NCBI RefSeq assembly: GCF_003428155.1
Contig: NZ_QLIR01000006.1
Coordinates: 60,001 to 92,000 of the forward strand
Length of the DNA: 32,000 nt
Reading direction: 5' to 3'
Source of the DNA: Fastidiosibacter lacustris
GTDB lineage: Bacteria > Pseudomonadota > Gammaproteobacteria > Francisellales > Francisellaceae
Below are positions 20,260 to 32,000 of the stretch, piece by piece; the stretch's first letter is position 1; every line of letters starts with the position of its first letter. The translations under genes were made by a program, and so were the position numbers. A model generated the notes under the pieces. It made no database searches and had not been told where the DNA came from. It saw only the letters and a program-made list of their open reading frames with translations.

Positions 20260-20760
20260 ATGGCAGATAATATGCAAAAAACTGACGGCTTGATTGAAAA
20301 GTTAGTCAGTGTTAAAAGACATGCCAAAACAGTAAAAGGTGGTAGAATCATGAGCTTTGCTGCCTTAGTTGTTGTTGGTGATGGAAGTGGTCGAGTGGGT
20401 ATTGGGCGTGGTAAGTCTCGTGAAGTACCGGTTGCTATTCAAAAAGCGATGGAAAATGCGCGTCGTAATATGGTAACAGTGAACTTAAATGGTGATACAT
20501 TATGGTATCCAACAACTGCAAGTCATGGTGCTTCTAAAGTATTTATGCAGCCAGCTTCCCCTGGTACAGGTATCATTGCAGGAGGAGCTATGCGTGCAGT
20601 ATTTGAAGTAGTGGGTGTTCATAACGTTTTAGCTAAAACCTATGGTTCAACCAACCCAATTAACGTTGTTCGTGCAACAATCAATGGTATGACTAAGCTT
20701 AAATCTCCAGAAGAGATTGCTGAAAAGCGTGGTTTGTCTATTGAAGAAATTCAAGGGTAA
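20260..20760 (+). CDS. rpsE: 30S ribosomal protein S5
   Basis: [49 protein letters not shown]. Confidence 0.97.
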   Translation: MADNMQKTDGLIEKLVSVKRHAKTVKGGRIMSFAALVVVGDGSGRVGIGRGKSREVPVAIQKAMENARRNMVTVNLNGDTLWYPTTASHGASKVFMQPASPGTGIIAGGAMRAVFEVVGVHNVLAKTYGSTNPINVVRATINGMTKLKSPEEIAEKRGLSIEEIQG

Positions 20761-20765
20761 GGACT

Positions 20766-20951
20766 ATGACTGATAACAAAACATTTAAAGTAACCCTTAT
20801 TAAAAGCTTAATAGGTCGTCACGAAAAGCACAAGGCATGTGCAAACGGCTTGGGTTTACGTAAAGTTCACCAATCTGTAGAAGTGATTGATACACTTGCT
20901 AATCGTGGCATGGCGAATAAAATCTACTACATGGTGAAAATAGAGGGGTGA
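20766..20951 (+). CDS. rpmD: 50S ribosomal protein L30
   Basis: [33 protein letters not shown]. Confidence 0.94.
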   Translation: MTDNKTFKVTLIKSLIGRHEKHKACANGLGLRKVHQSVEVIDTLANRGMANKIYYMVKIEG

Positions 20952-20956
20952 TTTCA

Positions 20957-21388
20957 ATGAGATTAAATACGATTTCTCCAGCTGAAGGTTCAAAATCTGC
21001 AGCTAAACGCCTTGGTCGTGGAATTGGCAGTGGTTTTGGTAAGACTGCTGGTCGTGGTCACAAAGGTCAAAAAGCACGCGCTGGTGGCTACCATAAAGTT
21101 GGTTTTGAAGGTGGTCAGATGCCACTTCAAAGACGATTGCCTAAGTTTGGTTTTACTTCACGTAAGGCAAAATACGTTGCTGAAATTAGGTTACATGAAT
21201 TAAATGCAATTGAAGCAGATGTAATTAATTTGGATGCGTTAAAAGACGCAGGTATAGTTCGTAAGGATATGCTTGCAGCACGTATTATTGCAAGTGGTGA
21301 AATCAACAAGGCAGTAACCATTAATGGTCTACACTGTACTAAAGGTGCGAAGGCTGCTATTGAAACAGCTGGTGGAAAGGTAGAGTAA
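20957..21388 (+). CDS. rplO: 50S ribosomal protein L15
   Basis: [44 protein letters not shown]. Confidence 0.96.
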   Translation: MRLNTISPAEGSKSAAKRLGRGIGSGFGKTAGRGHKGQKARAGGYHKVGFEGGQMPLQRRLPKFGFTSRKAKYVAEIRLHELNAIEADVINLDALKDAGIVRKDMLAARIIASGEINKAVTINGLHCTKGAKAAIETAGGKVE

Positions 21389-21395
21389 TATTGCT

Positions 21396-22727
21396 ATGGC
21401 AACAAAAAATCTTAAAAGAGGTGGTGGTCTTCGCGAATTAAGACAACGCCTTCTTTTTGTCTTATTAGGCATTATTGTCTTTAGACTAGGTGTCTATATC
21501 CCTATTCCGTACATTGATGCAGATCAGCTGGCTAAGCTTATGTCAGCACAATCAGCAGGTGGTAATGGCTTACTGAGTATGTTTAATATGTTCTCAGGTG
21601 GTGCGCTTGAAAAGTTGAGTATATTTGCGTTGGGTGTAATGCCCTATATTTCTGCATCGATTATCTTCCAAATGATGAGTGCTGTATCGCCAAAGTTGAT
21701 GGAGCTTAAAAAGGAAGGCGAGTCGGGACAAAAGAAAATAACGCAATATACCAGATATGCAACTTTTGTTTTGGCGCTAATACAGTCATTTGGTATTGCA
21801 GTGTATACTTTTAATCAGCCTGGATTAGTGGATATTGATTCAAGATTTTTGTTCTATTTTGCTGCTATTGTCTCAATGACTACAGGTAGTATGTTCTTGA
21901 TGTGGTTGGGTGAACAGATGACTGAGCGAGGAATTGGTAATGGTATTTCATTACTGATTTTCTCAGGGATCGTTGCCAATTTACCATTTGAGGTGAGTAC
22001 AACAATTTCACAAGCAAACCAAGGAATGATTTCGTACCTGACTGTTTGGGTGTTGTTAATTATTTTGTTGGCTGTTGTTGCTTTTGTCGTGTTTGTGGAA
22101 CGTGCGCAGCGTCGTATTACGGTAAATTATGCTAAACGTCAGCAAGGTCGTAAAATGATGGCGCCACAAACAAGTCATTTACCATTAAAACTAAATATGG
22201 CAGGTGTGATCCCACCAATTTTTGCTTCATCTATTTTGATGGTTCCTGGCATGCTTTCTAATTGGTTTGCTTCTTCGCCATCATTGGGATGGTTAGCAGA
22301 AATAGGCGAAGCACTACAACCAGGTAGCTTGCTGTATACTTTAATTTTTGCAGCAGCGATTATATTTTTCTGCTTTTTTTATACAGCGCTTGTTTTTAAT
22401 CCAAAAGAAACGGCAGATAACCTTAAAAGATCCGGTGCCTTTATTACTGGCGTGCGTCCAGGTGAGCAAACAGCAAAATACATTGATTCAGTGATGAGTA
22501 AATTGACTTTGATTGGTTCAATTTACATTACTGCAATTTGTTTGCTACCAATTTTCATTATGAATTTTTTTGGTCATGGGTTGTCATTTACATTTGGTGG
22601 AACTTCATTATTGATCGTGGTTGTGGTAATCATGGATTTTATGGCACAAGTTCAATCTCATATGATGTCAACGCAATATGATTCATTATTGAAAAAGGCA
22701 AATTTAAGTAATTACGGTAAATTATAG
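21396..22727 (+). CDS. secY: Preprotein translocase subunit SecY
   Basis: 443 aa, 10 TM segments; [50 protein letters not shown]. Confidence 0.98.
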   Translation: MATKNLKRGGGLRELRQRLLFVLLGIIVFRLGVYIPIPYIDADQLAKLMSAQSAGGNGLLSMFNMFSGGALEKLSIFALGVMPYISASIIFQMMSAVSPKLMELKKEGESGQKKITQYTRYATFVLALIQSFGIAVYTFNQPGLVDIDSRFLFYFAAIVSMTTGSMFLMWLGEQMTERGIGNGISLLIFSGIVANLPFEVSTTISQANQGMISYLTVWVLLIILLAVVAFVVFVERAQRRITVNYAKRQQGRKMMAPQTSHLPLKLNMAGVIPPIFASSILMVPGMLSNWFASSPSLGWLAEIGEALQPGSLLYTLIFAAAIIFFCFFYTALVFNPKETADNLKRSGAFITGVRPGEQTAKYIDSVMSKLTLIGSIYITAICLLPIFIMNFFGHGLSFTFGGTSLLIVVVVIMDFMAQVQSHMMSTQYDSLLKKANLSNYGKL

Positions 22728-22751
22728 TTTTAACAAAAATGAGGTAATACA

Positions 22752-22865
22752 ATGAAAGTCAGAGCTTCCGTAAAGAAGATGTGCAGAAACTGTAAAGTGA
22801 TAAAGCGCAATCGTGTGGTTCGTGTGATTTGTACTGATCCAAGACATAAACAGCGTCAAGGTTAA
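22752..22865 (+). CDS. rpmJ: 50S ribosomal protein L36 (missed by the ORF track)
   Basis: Translation [37 protein letters not shown]; CxxC...C...H zinc-binding L36. Confidence 0.97.
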
Positions 22866-22882
22866 TAATTAAACATGGCGAC

Positions 22883-22911
22883 TTGCTTTTTCAACTGAAA
22901 AAAGGTATCTT
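22883..22911 (+). promoter_or_regulatory. Candidate sigma70-type promoter for the alpha operon
   Basis: TTGCTT-N17-TATCTT in the rpmJ-rpsM gap, the position of P-alpha in E. coli. Confidence 0.45.
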
Positions 22912-22975
22912 TGTCCGCCGTGAGAATTTTACTAACAATTTTAAGATATTAATAAAGTAAAACGGAGTATTGTGA

Positions 22976-23332
22976 ATGGCTCGTATAGCTGGGATTAACG
23001 TTCCTGATCATAAACATGCTGATATTGCCTTAACAGCAATCTATGGTATTGGACGTCCGCGTGCACTTAAAATTTGTGCAGCATGCAACATTGAACCAAG
23101 CAAAAAAGTCAAAGACTTGACAGAAGAGCAGATCGAGTTATTGAGAACTGAGATTGCTAAGTTTACAGTAGAAGGTGATCTACGTCGTGAAGTATCAATG
23201 AACATTAAGCGTTTAATGGACTTAGGTACATATCGTGGTCGTAGACATCGTCGCAATCTGCCTGTAAGAGGTCAACGTACGAAGACAAATGCTCGTACAC
23301 GCAAGGGACCAAGAAAGCCAATTAAGGCATAA
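22976..23332 (+). CDS. rpsM: 30S ribosomal protein S13
   Basis: [26 protein letters not shown]...[27 protein letters not shown]. Confidence 0.98.
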   Translation: MARIAGINVPDHKHADIALTAIYGIGRPRALKICAACNIEPSKKVKDLTEEQIELLRTEIAKFTVEGDLRREVSMNIKRLMDLGTYRGRRHRRNLPVRGQRTKTNARTRKGPRKPIKA

Positions 23333-23367
23333 GTACAATTATAACAAAACAAATAGGAATCGAACTT

Positions 23368-23754
23368 ATGGCAAAAGCTGTAAAGCCTAAGAAAAAAGTC
23401 AAAAAGAGCGTGCCTGATGCAATTGCACACATTCATGCTTCTTTTAACAACACGATTATTACTATTACAGATCGTCAAGGTAATGCCTTATCTTGGGCAA
23501 CTTCTGGCGGTAGTGGTTTTAGAGGTTCTCGTAAAAGTACACCTTTTGCAGCACAGGTTGCTGCTGAGCGTGCAGGTGAACTAGCGCTTGAATATGGTGT
23601 AAAAAATGTTGATGTATTGGTGAAGGGTCCGGGTCCTGGACGTGAATCTGCAGTACGTGCTTTAAACGCGAAAGGCTTTAAGGTAACAAGTATTACAGAC
23701 GTAACACCATTACCACATAATGGTTGTCGTCCTCCGAAAAAACGTCGTGTGTAA
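23368..23754 (+). CDS. rpsK: 30S ribosomal protein S11
   Basis: [41 protein letters not shown]...[11 protein letters not shown]. Confidence 0.98.
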   Translation: MAKAVKPKKKVKKSVPDAIAHIHASFNNTIITITDRQGNALSWATSGGSGFRGSRKSTPFAAQVAAERAGELALEYGVKNVDVLVKGPGPGRESAVRALNAKGFKVTSITDVTPLPHNGCRPPKKRRV

Positions 23755-23771
23755 GATTTAAGGTAAGTAAA

Positions 23772-24392
23772 ATGGCTAGATACTTAGGACCTAAGTGTAA
23801 GCTTTCTCGTCGAGAAGGCACGGATCTTCAGCTAAAAAGCGGTGTGAGATCAATTGAAGAGAAATGCAAAATTAATACGCAACCTGGTCAGCATGGTGCA
23901 AAAAGAGCGCGTCTTTCTGATTATGGTTTGCAATTGCGTGAGAAACAAAAAGTGCGTCGTATTTATGGCATACTTGAGAACCAATTTAAAAAATATTATA
24001 CAGAAGCAGCAAGGCGTAAAGGTAATACAGGTGCTAACTTGTTAGAGCTTTTAGAAGGTCGTTTGGATAACGTTGTTTATAGAATGGGCTTTGGATCAAC
24101 GCGTGCAGAGGCACGTCAGTTGGTGACTCACAAAGGTGTTTTAGTAAATGGTAAGACTTGTAACATTCCTTCTTTTAATTTAAGCGCAGGTGATACGATT
24201 GCTGTGCGTGAAAAATCTAAGAAGCAACTGCGCATTCAAAGTGCGTTAGAGTTATCTAAGCAACGTGGATCTGTTTCTTGGATTGAAGTAAATGAAGCCA
24301 AGCTTGAAGGTGTATTTAAATCTAAACCTGAACGTGCTGAATTACCTGCAGACATCAACGAGCAACTTATCGTCGAGCTATATTCTAAATAA
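23772..24392 (+). CDS. rpsD: 30S ribosomal protein S4
   Basis: [19 protein letters not shown]; ATG at 23772 preferred over 23724. Confidence 0.97.
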   Translation: MARYLGPKCKLSRREGTDLQLKSGVRSIEEKCKINTQPGQHGAKRARLSDYGLQLREKQKVRRIYGILENQFKKYYTEAARRKGNTGANLLELLEGRLDNVVYRMGFGSTRAEARQLVTHKGVLVNGKTCNIPSFNLSAGDTIAVREKSKKQLRIQSALELSKQRGSVSWIEVNEAKLEGVFKSKPERAELPADINEQLIVELYSK

Positions 24393-24413
24393 TAGATAAA
24401 CGGAGAGCAGTTA

Positions 24414-25391
24414 ATGCATACTTGTCCAACTGAAGTTTACAAACCACAAATTAGCAGTATTACTGAAGTTAAGCGCAACTGCTTTAGCATTGTGCTTGAA
24501 CCATTTGCTGTTGGTTTTGGTCATGTAATGGGGAATGCTCTCAGAAGAATTTTACTATCTTCCATTCCAGGTGCTGCTATTACTGAAGTTCAAATTGAAA
24601 GGGCTTTACATGAGTACTGCACACTGGAAGGTGTTCAAGAAGACGTTGTTGAGATTCTACTTAATTTAAAAAAGCTTGCTGTTAGTTTGGAAAATGACGT
24701 TGAAGAAGCCTATTTAACTCTGGAGAAAAAAGGGTCTGCAAAAGTTACTGCTGCAGATTTAGGAGCAAGCGGTAATGTGGATGTGGCTGATCCTGATTAT
24801 GTGATTGCGCATTTAAACGAAGGTGGACATATCAATATGTTGGTCAAAGTAGCGCAAGGTCGTGGATTTGTACCTTCAACGGTATATAGTCAATCACCTG
24901 AAGAAGAACTTTTGGTTGGTCACATCCCATTAGACGCTTCTTTTAATCCAGTGTTAGATGTTTCTTTTACTGTTAAGGCTTTAGATAACAGTAGTGAAAA
25001 GCTCGAAATTTTTATGCGTACTAAAGGTACGATTAAGCCAGAGGTGGCAATCGAGACGGCGATGACTTATTTCTATGAGCAAATTGCTGTTTTTGTAGAT
25101 TTAAAAGCACCTTTGGGTCGTAAGATGACTCAGGATACGCCTGAAATCGACCCTTTACTACTTAGACCGGTTGAAGATTTGGAGTTAACGGTTAGATCAG
25201 CTAATTGCTTAAAAGCACAAAATATCCGCTATTTGGGTGATTTAGTGCAATTCCCTGAATCTGACTTAATGCGTATCCCTAATTTAGGGCGTAAGTCTTT
25301 GAATGAAATTAAATCTGTGCTGGCAGAACGTGGCCTTTCTTTGGGTGTTAGAATTGACAACTGGCCGCCAGAACAATTGAGTAATAAGTAA
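24414..25391 (+). CDS. rpoA: RNA polymerase alpha subunit
   Basis: [32 protein letters not shown]...[16 protein letters not shown]. Confidence 0.98.
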   Translation: MHTCPTEVYKPQISSITEVKRNCFSIVLEPFAVGFGHVMGNALRRILLSSIPGAAITEVQIERALHEYCTLEGVQEDVVEILLNLKKLAVSLENDVEEAYLTLEKKGSAKVTAADLGASGNVDVADPDYVIAHLNEGGHINMLVKVAQGRGFVPSTVYSQSPEEELLVGHIPLDASFNPVLDVSFTVKALDNSSEKLEIFMRTKGTIKPEVAIETAMTYFYEQIAVFVDLKAPLGRKMTQDTPEIDPLLLRPVEDLELTVRSANCLKAQNIRYLGDLVQFPESDLMRIPNLGRKSLNEIKSVLAERGLSLGVRIDNWPPEQLSNK

Positions 25392-25418
25392 TATAATTTT
25401 AACTAGAAGGAAATTACT

Positions 25419-25862
25419 ATGCGTCATCGTAAGAGTGGTCGTAAGTTTAATAGAACAAGCAGCCATCGCAAAGCGATGTTTAGAAACATGTCAGCGTCTC
25501 TATTAAAGCACGAGCTGATTAAAACTACGCTTCCTAAAGCAAAAGAGCTAAGGGGTTTTGTTGAGCCTTTAATTACTCTAGCTAAGCGTGAAGTTGAATT
25601 GCGCAAGAGCGATATTGACCTGGCCAGCAATGAGTTTAAAGCACAAGTTGTTGCTTTAAGACGTCAAGCGTTTAGCTTTTTGCGTAACAAAGAGGCAGTC
25701 AAAAAGTTGTTTGAAGAAATCGCTCAGCGTTATGAAGCACGTCCAGGTGGTTATACACGTGTGCTTAAGTGTGGTTATCGTTTTGGTGATAAGGCGCCAA
25801 TGGCATTTATTGAGCTTGTTGATCGTCCTCAATCAGAAATTGAAAATGTTGTAGAAGCATAA
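25419..25862 (+). CDS. rplQ: 50S ribosomal protein L17
   Basis: [45 protein letters not shown]. Confidence 0.97.
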   Translation: MRHRKSGRKFNRTSSHRKAMFRNMSASLLKHELIKTTLPKAKELRGFVEPLITLAKREVELRKSDIDLASNEFKAQVVALRRQAFSFLRNKEAVKKLFEEIAQRYEARPGGYTRVLKCGYRFGDKAPMAFIELVDRPQSEIENVVEA

Positions 25863-25886
25863 TCAATATAAGCTTACTAAAATATT

Positions 25887-25910
25887 AAGCCCACTTAAGT
25901 GGGCTTTTTT
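25887..25910 (+). terminator. Rho-independent terminator of the ribosomal superoperon
   Basis: AAGCCCACTTAAGTGGGCTTTTTT, perfect stem and T-run after rplQ. Confidence 0.9.
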
Positions 25911-25990
25911 ATTTCTAATTCTCTTGACATTGACTAAGTTCAGTCTCAGGCTTATTCAAATTATTTAGGTGTAATCATGAAGATAACTGG

Positions 25991-26890
25991 ATGAAGAGAA
26001 TATTAATTGCTGGTGGTTCAGGTTTTATTGGTAGAAATTTAGTACATCATCTAAAAAAAGAGGGTTATTTTGTAATACTTTTAAGTCGTACACCAAGGTT
26101 GATTAATGGGTATGATCAAGTGATAACTTGGGACGAAATTATACCTGAACAAATAGCGACATTTGATGTTGTGATTAATTTGTGTGGTTACGGCATCAGT
26201 GAAAAAAAGTGGTCACCACAAATTAAAAATAAGATTGTTAATAGTCGAGTTGAGACGACAGAATACTTAATTAAACTGATTGGGGATAATGATATATGGC
26301 TTATTAATGCCAGTGCAATTGGCTTTTACCCTTTTTCTTTTAAGCTCCAAAATGAAGATAATATTGAGGTATTATCAAAGCATAATACAGGCTTCTGTCA
26401 ATATATTGCAAAGCAATGGGAGGCAGTAGTTATAGGTTCAAGACTAAGACGCAAGACTATCTTGCGCTTTGGAGTAGTCTTGGGGAAAGGTGGTATGCTT
26501 AATCAGTTATTATCTAGTGTTAAAATGGGCATGGGTGCAAGAATTGGTGATGGTCAGCAGTTGATGTCTTGGGTGCATATCAATGACTTATGCCGTGCGC
26601 TGCTATTTTTACTAACAATAGATGCTGTTAATACAACTTTTAATATCGTCGCGCCTAATGCCTGTACACAAGCTAAATTTATGCGAATACTTTGCCAAAA
26701 AATGAATAAGCGTCAATGGTTTGTTATCCCAAAATTTATGGTCAAACTCATGTTTGGACAAATGGGAAATGAGTTGCTATTAGCTTCGCATTGTATCGAA
26801 CCTAAACGGTTACAAAATTTAGAATTTAAGTTTATATATCCAACCATTGAATTAGCATTAGAAAGTATTGTAAAAGAGACCCAAACTTAA
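25991..26890 (+). CDS. TIGR01777-family NAD-dependent epimerase (YfcH-like)
   Basis: ILIAGGSGFIGRNLVHHLKKEGYFV...VVINLCG...WSPQIKNKIVNSRVETT...VLGKGGML. Confidence 0.85.
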   Translation: MKRILIAGGSGFIGRNLVHHLKKEGYFVILLSRTPRLINGYDQVITWDEIIPEQIATFDVVINLCGYGISEKKWSPQIKNKIVNSRVETTEYLIKLIGDNDIWLINASAIGFYPFSFKLQNEDNIEVLSKHNTGFCQYIAKQWEAVVIGSRLRRKTILRFGVVLGKGGMLNQLLSSVKMGMGARIGDGQQLMSWVHINDLCRALLFLLTIDAVNTTFNIVAPNACTQAKFMRILCQKMNKRQWFVIPKFMVKLMFGQMGNELLLASHCIEPKRLQNLEFKFIYPTIELALESIVKETQT

Positions 26891-26983
26891 ACTCGAGAAT
26901 TGGTTCAAATTGACTTAATTAGTTATCCTGTAAAATTTGCATTATTAATTGATACAGGAGAAAGAGAAGCAAGTAGGTGATAT

Positions 26984-27973
26984 GTGAAAACAGTAACGTC
27001 ACAATATAGAGAATATGATAAATACGCAGTCTTATTAGTTAATCTAGGCACTCCAGACTCGTACACAGTAAAAGACGTAAAACAGTATTTAAAACAATTC
27101 TTATCGGATAGACGAGTTATTGAATTAACCCCTTTAATTTGGCAATTGATTTTAAGATTATTAGTTCTGCCATTTCGTTCTCCTAAAACTGCAAAGCTTT
27201 ATCAAAAAGTTTGGTTGAAAGAAAAAAACCTTTCACCGCTTATGTATTACACTCAAATGCAAACTAAGAGGCTAGCACAAGCAATAGATAACGATGTTAT
27301 CGTTGACTTCGCCATGCGTTATGGTGAGCCTTCAATAGAAGCAAAAATCCATAGCTTACAAGCACAAGGCGTAACAACAATTAAAGTATTTCCTTTATAC
27401 CCACAGTATTCTGCTACAACGACAGCTTCTGTTTATGACGAAGTGTTTCGTGTGCTCAAAAAAATGCGTAATCAGCCTAACATTATTGGAGTTAAACCAT
27501 ATTACGCTCATCCACAGTATATTGAGGCATTAAAAAAGAGTGTTTTAACCTATATACCTAAGCTTAATTTTGCCCCAGATATTATTTTATTCTCTTTTCA
27601 TGGCATACCTAAACAATGCGTGGATAAGGGTGACCCCTACTATTGGCAGTGTCAAGAAACTTATCGTTTAGTTAAAAATGCGCTTTCTAACCTTAATATT
27701 GAGCTTAGGATGTCTTTTCAGTCGCGTTTTGGACCTAAAAAATGGTTAAGCCCTTATACAACAGATGTTTTAAAGATCCTTCCAACTGAAAATAAAAATA
27801 AAATTTTACTTGTTACTCCAGGGTTTGCGGCAGATTGTTTAGAAACATTAGAGGAGCTTAATGAAACCGAGCGTAAAACTTTTCTTCAGGCAGGGGGTAC
27901 GCATTATGCAGTTATGCCATGCTTAAATGATAGTGATGAACATATGGAGTTGTTAAAAACCTTGGCAAAATAA
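26984..27973 (+). CDS. hemH: Ferrochelatase
   Basis: [32 protein letters not shown]...[19 protein letters not shown]; GTG/ATG start region. Confidence 0.95.
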   Translation: MKTVTSQYREYDKYAVLLVNLGTPDSYTVKDVKQYLKQFLSDRRVIELTPLIWQLILRLLVLPFRSPKTAKLYQKVWLKEKNLSPLMYYTQMQTKRLAQAIDNDVIVDFAMRYGEPSIEAKIHSLQAQGVTTIKVFPLYPQYSATTTASVYDEVFRVLKKMRNQPNIIGVKPYYAHPQYIEALKKSVLTYIPKLNFAPDIILFSFHGIPKQCVDKGDPYYWQCQETYRLVKNALSNLNIELRMSFQSRFGPKKWLSPYTTDVLKILPTENKNKILLVTPGFAADCLETLEELNETERKTFLQAGGTHYAVMPCLNDSDEHMELLKTLAK

Positions 27974-28019
27974 CAAAACTTTTATAGAATTGACCAGCTT
28001 TAAAACCTTGGAGAATGCT

Positions 28020-28232
28020 ATGGCTCGTGTAACAGTAGAAGATTGTTTAGAAAAAATAGATAGCCGTTTTGAGTTGATTGTATTAGCAGCAAAAAGGGCA
28101 CGTAATTTAATGTTAAGTGGTCAAGAACCGCGTGTCGAATGGGACAATGATAAAGCAACAGTTGTTGCTTTACGTGAAATTGCTGGTGGCAAGATATCTA
28201 AGTCAGAATTACGAGCACAGCAAGAATATTAG
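28020..28232 (+). CDS. rpoZ: RNA polymerase omega subunit
   Basis: [30 protein letters not shown]; ATG at 28020 preferred over 27990. Confidence 0.95.
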   Translation: MARVTVEDCLEKIDSRFELIVLAAKRARNLMLSGQEPRVEWDNDKATVVALREIAGGKISKSELRAQQEY

Positions 28233-28259
28233 AAAGTTCAAAAATAATAATTTTAGTGA

Positions 28260-28287
28260 TTGACTTTGTTTTTTTTGGCTCTATAAT
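28260..28287 (+). promoter_or_regulatory. Near-consensus promoter for tRNA-Val
   Basis: TTGACT-N16-TATAAT, ending 14 nt before the tRNA 5' end. Confidence 0.85.
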
Positions 28288-28301
28288 TTGGTTTCGTTCT
28301 C

Positions 28302-28377
28302 GGGTGCTTAGCTCAGCTGGGAGAGCATCGCCCTTACAAGGCGAGGGTCGGGGGTTCGAACCCCTCAGCACCCACCA
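28302..28377 (+). tRNA. tRNA-Val(TAC)
   Basis: GGGTGCTTAGCTCAGCTGGGAGAGCATCGCCCTTACAAGGCGAGGGTCGGGGGTTCGAACCCCTCAGCACCCACCA; anticodon TAC, 7-bp acceptor stem, encoded CCA. Confidence 0.97.
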
Positions 28378-28387
28378 GAGATTTTAA

Positions 28388-28414
28388 AAGGCTTCTAAGT
28401 GGAAGCCTTTTTTG
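28388..28414 (+). terminator. Rho-independent terminator after tRNA-Val
   Basis: AAGGCTTC-TAAGTG-GAAGCCTT followed by a T-run. Confidence 0.85.
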
Positions 28415-28550
28415 TTTGCGTTATAAAGTGTATTTGCTTGTGTTTTGGGCACTTGTTTGTAACAATAACGCGACTCTTTGCTATTGTTTTATATTTAATA
28501 AAGCACTAGCTTATCGAGAGTAAGTACGATAAACCGAAAGGAGTAAAAAT

Positions 28551-28907
28551 ATGAAACATTATGAAATTGTGTTTATGGTTCATCCTGATCAAAGCGATCA
28601 GTTACAACAGATGTTGCAAAAATATCGTGAAATCATTGAGTCAACTGGCGGTAAGATTCATCGTCTAGAAGATTGGGGGCGTCGTCAACTTGCTTATCCA
28701 ATTGCAAAACTTCATAAAGCACATTACATCTTGATGAATATTGAATGTAATACTGAAGCATTGAATGAGCTAAATGATTCATTTAGATATAATGATGCGA
28801 TTCTTCGTCGTTTAGTTTTGAGTACTAAAGGTTCAATAATTGAACCCTCAGTGATGATGGCTAAAGATGAGAAAAAAGAAGTTAAAGAAACAGTTGATAC
28901 TGAGTAA
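28551..28907 (+). CDS. rpsF: 30S ribosomal protein S6
   Basis: [25 protein letters not shown]...[24 protein letters not shown]. Confidence 0.97.
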   Translation: MKHYEIVFMVHPDQSDQLQQMLQKYREIIESTGGKIHRLEDWGRRQLAYPIAKLHKAHYILMNIECNTEALNELNDSFRYNDAILRRLVLSTKGSIIEPSVMMAKDEKKEVKETVDTE

Positions 28908-28917
28908 GGAGAGAACT

Positions 28918-29145
28918 ATGCGTGTAAATCGTCGTCGTAAAGTGTGTCGTTTTAGTGTTGAAGGCGTAAAAGAAATCGATTACAAAGATTTAAACACTTT
29001 AAAAGGATATATTACGGAAACCGGTAAAATCGTTCCAAGTCGTATTACAGGTACTTCAACTAAGTATCAGCGCCAACTTGCTACTGCAATTAAAAGAGCA
29101 AGATTCTTGGCGTTAATTCCATACTGTGATCGTCACTTTAATTAA
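28918..29145 (+). CDS. rpsR: 30S ribosomal protein S18
   Basis: [54 protein letters not shown]; ATG at 28918 preferred over 28867. Confidence 0.97.
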   Translation: MRVNRRRKVCRFSVEGVKEIDYKDLNTLKGYITETGKIVPSRITGTSTKYQRQLATAIKRARFLALIPYCDRHFN

Positions 29146-29168
29146 TACCAGCTAAGAGGTCTTTCACA

Positions 29169-29618
29169 ATGCAAGTTATTTTAAAGGAAAAAGTAGAAAA
29201 CCTAGGTGCTTTAGGTGATGTGGTAAATGTTAAGCCTGGCTATGCGCGTAACTATTTAGTACCTTATGGTAAAGCTGTTCAAGCAACTGAGCAAAACATT
29301 GCTACATTTGAGAAGCAAAAAGCAGAATTGCAACAAGCAGAAGCTGTCCGTTTGGCAGATGCTAAAGCAAAAGCAGAAAAAATTATAGGTCAAGTGTTCA
29401 CAATTGTTGCTCCTGCCGGAGATGGTGGTAAGCTATTTGGTTCGGTGGGTACGAAAGAAGTAGCTGAAGTGATCGCCAAAACCGTTGGTGTTGAAGTTGA
29501 GAAACGCCATGTGCGCATGCCAGAAGGTATTATTCGTTCGTTGGGTGAGTATAGTTTATTGGTTCATTTGCATACAGATGTAGATGCGGATATTCAGTTA
29601 ATTATTAAAGCTGAATAA
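29169..29618 (+). CDS. rplI: 50S ribosomal protein L9
   Basis: [36 protein letters not shown]. Confidence 0.97.
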   Translation: MQVILKEKVENLGALGDVVNVKPGYARNYLVPYGKAVQATEQNIATFEKQKAELQQAEAVRLADAKAKAEKIIGQVFTIVAPAGDGGKLFGSVGTKEVAEVIAKTVGVEVEKRHVRMPEGIIRSLGEYSLLVHLHTDVDADIQLIIKAE

Positions 29619-29647
29619 AAAAGATATATAAAACGCTTTTATTATTT

Positions 29648-29671
29648 AAGCCGCAATTTTGCGGCTTTTTT
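29648..29671 (+). terminator. Rho-independent terminator after rplI
   Basis: AAGCCGCAATTTTGCGGCTTTTTT. Confidence 0.88.
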
Positions 29672-29675
29672 GTAG

Positions 29676-30839
<1,164 letters not shown>

Positions 30840-31199
30840 GGATAACACAAGTTATTTTTTTGAAATTTATGTTTGTACAGGATGTTTTTTCATTTGAATA
30901 GCTTTATTGCACAAATTTTTCTATTCAATTAAAACCTGTTTATTGATGAATAAAGGAAATTAACCCATCACATCATGAATAAAGAAATCGACAACTTAAA
31001 CATTACTGAAATAGATGCCTATCCCAAGATATTAAATAGACACCGATGCTATAAAACCACGATTCTGTATTTAGTAAATACTCATCGTTTAAGGTTAGAC
31101 ACCTTTTAATTGTAGAAGCATAGCTTGTAGCTGCCTTACCCACCTTAATACTCTCCCCGGTAATCTTCGGTTCGCTCTCAGCTCCGCCATTTGCAACAT

Positions 31200-31841
31200 C
31201 TAACTATTAATAAAACTCGCTACTTCTTCATCATCGATCTGCTCAAAACCAGCGGAATTTAACTCACTCTTTATTTTTTCTATTTGGTTGACTCTTCCGA
31301 TTAATTGCATTGCTGCATGAGTCTCGCTATCGTCAAAAACTCTGCAAAGCACAATATCGTTAGCGTTACTAAAAATAGAATTCACATTTTCACTTGAAAT
31401 CCCATTTGTAGAATTATTAAAACAATCTAGTATGGATTGAGCGGATGTGTTTTTTGAGTTAAATACTAGAGATACATATCTATAGTGAGTAATTGAATTG
31501 AGAGGCAAACTTTTAATATCATTCGCCTCATTTTTTACTAAAGAATATACGCCTGTAGACTCATTCCTTATTAATACATCTCCCTCGCTAAACCCTTCTT
31601 TCAGTTGTTTCTTTAGTTTCAACTCCTGAACTTTTGAACCCGAAAAAGCTGTGCCAGTTGTTAGCCATTTAAAAACATATGGGAAAAAAGAGAGTAAAAC
31701 AGGAAGAAAACTAGTCCATATTTTTGTCAGGCTATCGATATCCCGCTGCAAGATAGTGATAGTAGCTAAACTACTATCGCCTGATTTTTTTGATTGTTCC
31801 CAAAGGTTTATACCTTCGTCGTACAAAAAAACTGGTTTCAT
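31200..31841 (-). CDS. Hypothetical protein with one hydrophobic segment
   Basis: 213 aa starting 2 nt after an upstream stop on the same strand; hydrophobic IWTSFLPVLLSFFPYVFKWLT followed by basic and mixed sequence. No family recognised. Confidence 0.6.
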   Translation of the reverse strand: MKPVFLYDEGINLWEQSKKSGDSSLATITILQRDIDSLTKIWTSFLPVLLSFFPYVFKWLTTGTAFSGSKVQELKLKKQLKEGFSEGDVLIRNESTGVYSLVKNEANDIKSLPLNSITHYRYVSLVFNSKNTSAQSILDCFNNSTNGISSENVNSIFSNANDIVLCRVFDDSETHAAMQLIGRVNQIEKIKSELNSAGFEQIDDEEVASFINS

Positions 31842-31843
31842 TT

Positions 31844-32000
31844 TTAATCCTGCTTTATATAAGTATGGGAGTCAGCATTATTCTTTAAAGACTGCTTAAT
31901 ACCTTGAGCATTTCGCAGTTCACTGTTGAAATGAGAACCATGATTACCAAATTTATGTCCTAACGTATGCTCACGAATCGTAGCTGTACTTTCATCAGCA
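31844..32000 (-). CDS. Partial CDS running off the right window edge (C-terminus only)
   Basis: Minus strand from 31999: ADESTATIREHTLGHKFGNHGSHFNSELRNAQGIKQSLKNNADSHTYIKQD*, stop 2 nt before the 31841 start codon. Confidence 0.5.
   Translation of the reverse strand, partial: ADESTATIREHTLGHKFGNHGSHFNSELRNAQGIKQSLKNNADSHTYIKQD

Noticed and set aside
12533-25630. Numerous 60-110 aa ORFs antisense or out of frame to ribosomal protein genes (e.g. 12533-12730, 13235-13447, 14244-14582, 17238-17609, 19311-19652, 25424-25630)
   Set aside because: They overlap highly conserved ribosomal genes and have no recognisable domains; they are explained by constraint of the sense strand.
26890-26984. Short ORF-like reading between the epimerase gene and hemH (LVQIDLISYPVKFALLIDTGEREASR)
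   Set aside because: Under 30 codons with no ribosome binding site; treated as the hemH upstream region.
30975-31109. 44-codon plus-strand ORF MNKEIDNLNITEIDAYPKILNRHRCYKTTILYLVNTHRLRLDTF
   Set aside because: Short, no clear ribosome binding site, and it overlaps the more coding-like minus-strand -1 frame extension.
31651-31899. 82-aa plus-strand ORF at the right edge
   Set aside because: Antisense to the 31200-31841 gene and to the partial upstream gene; no domain evidence.

Overview
This is a mostly conserved gammaproteobacterial chromosomal segment, AT-rich and probably Legionellales-like (inferred). Its core is the ribosomal S10-spc-alpha superoperon from rplC to rplQ (12.5-25.9 kb). 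Flanking genes, left to right: an LbtU-like porin fragment, an AEC permease, a HAD phosphatase, an FAD oxidoreductase, tRNA-Asp and tRNA-Thr, an Fe-alcohol dehydrogenase, glyQ, rmuC, a GDPD-CinA-like fusion, and purE. On the right are a TIGR01777 epimerase, hemH, rpoZ, tRNA-Val, rpsF-rpsR-rplI, adk, and a poorly conserved right edge. I did not find a convincing undescribed defence or mobile system. The observations most worth a second look are: (1) the S10 operon starts at rplC with no rpsJ, directly downstream of what looks like an IS256-type transposase remnant, with its own promoter and an attenuator-like hairpin; (2) a single-ORF GDPD-CinA(COG1058) fusion; (3) glyQ with no adjacent glyS; (4) a 451-bp interval bounded by a perfect 21-nt inverted repeat of terminator-like hairpins; (5) a minus-strand unknown gene pair at the right edge, where a long open stretch follows the annotated stop in the -1 frame. 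All homology calls come from reading the protein sequences. No database search was run.
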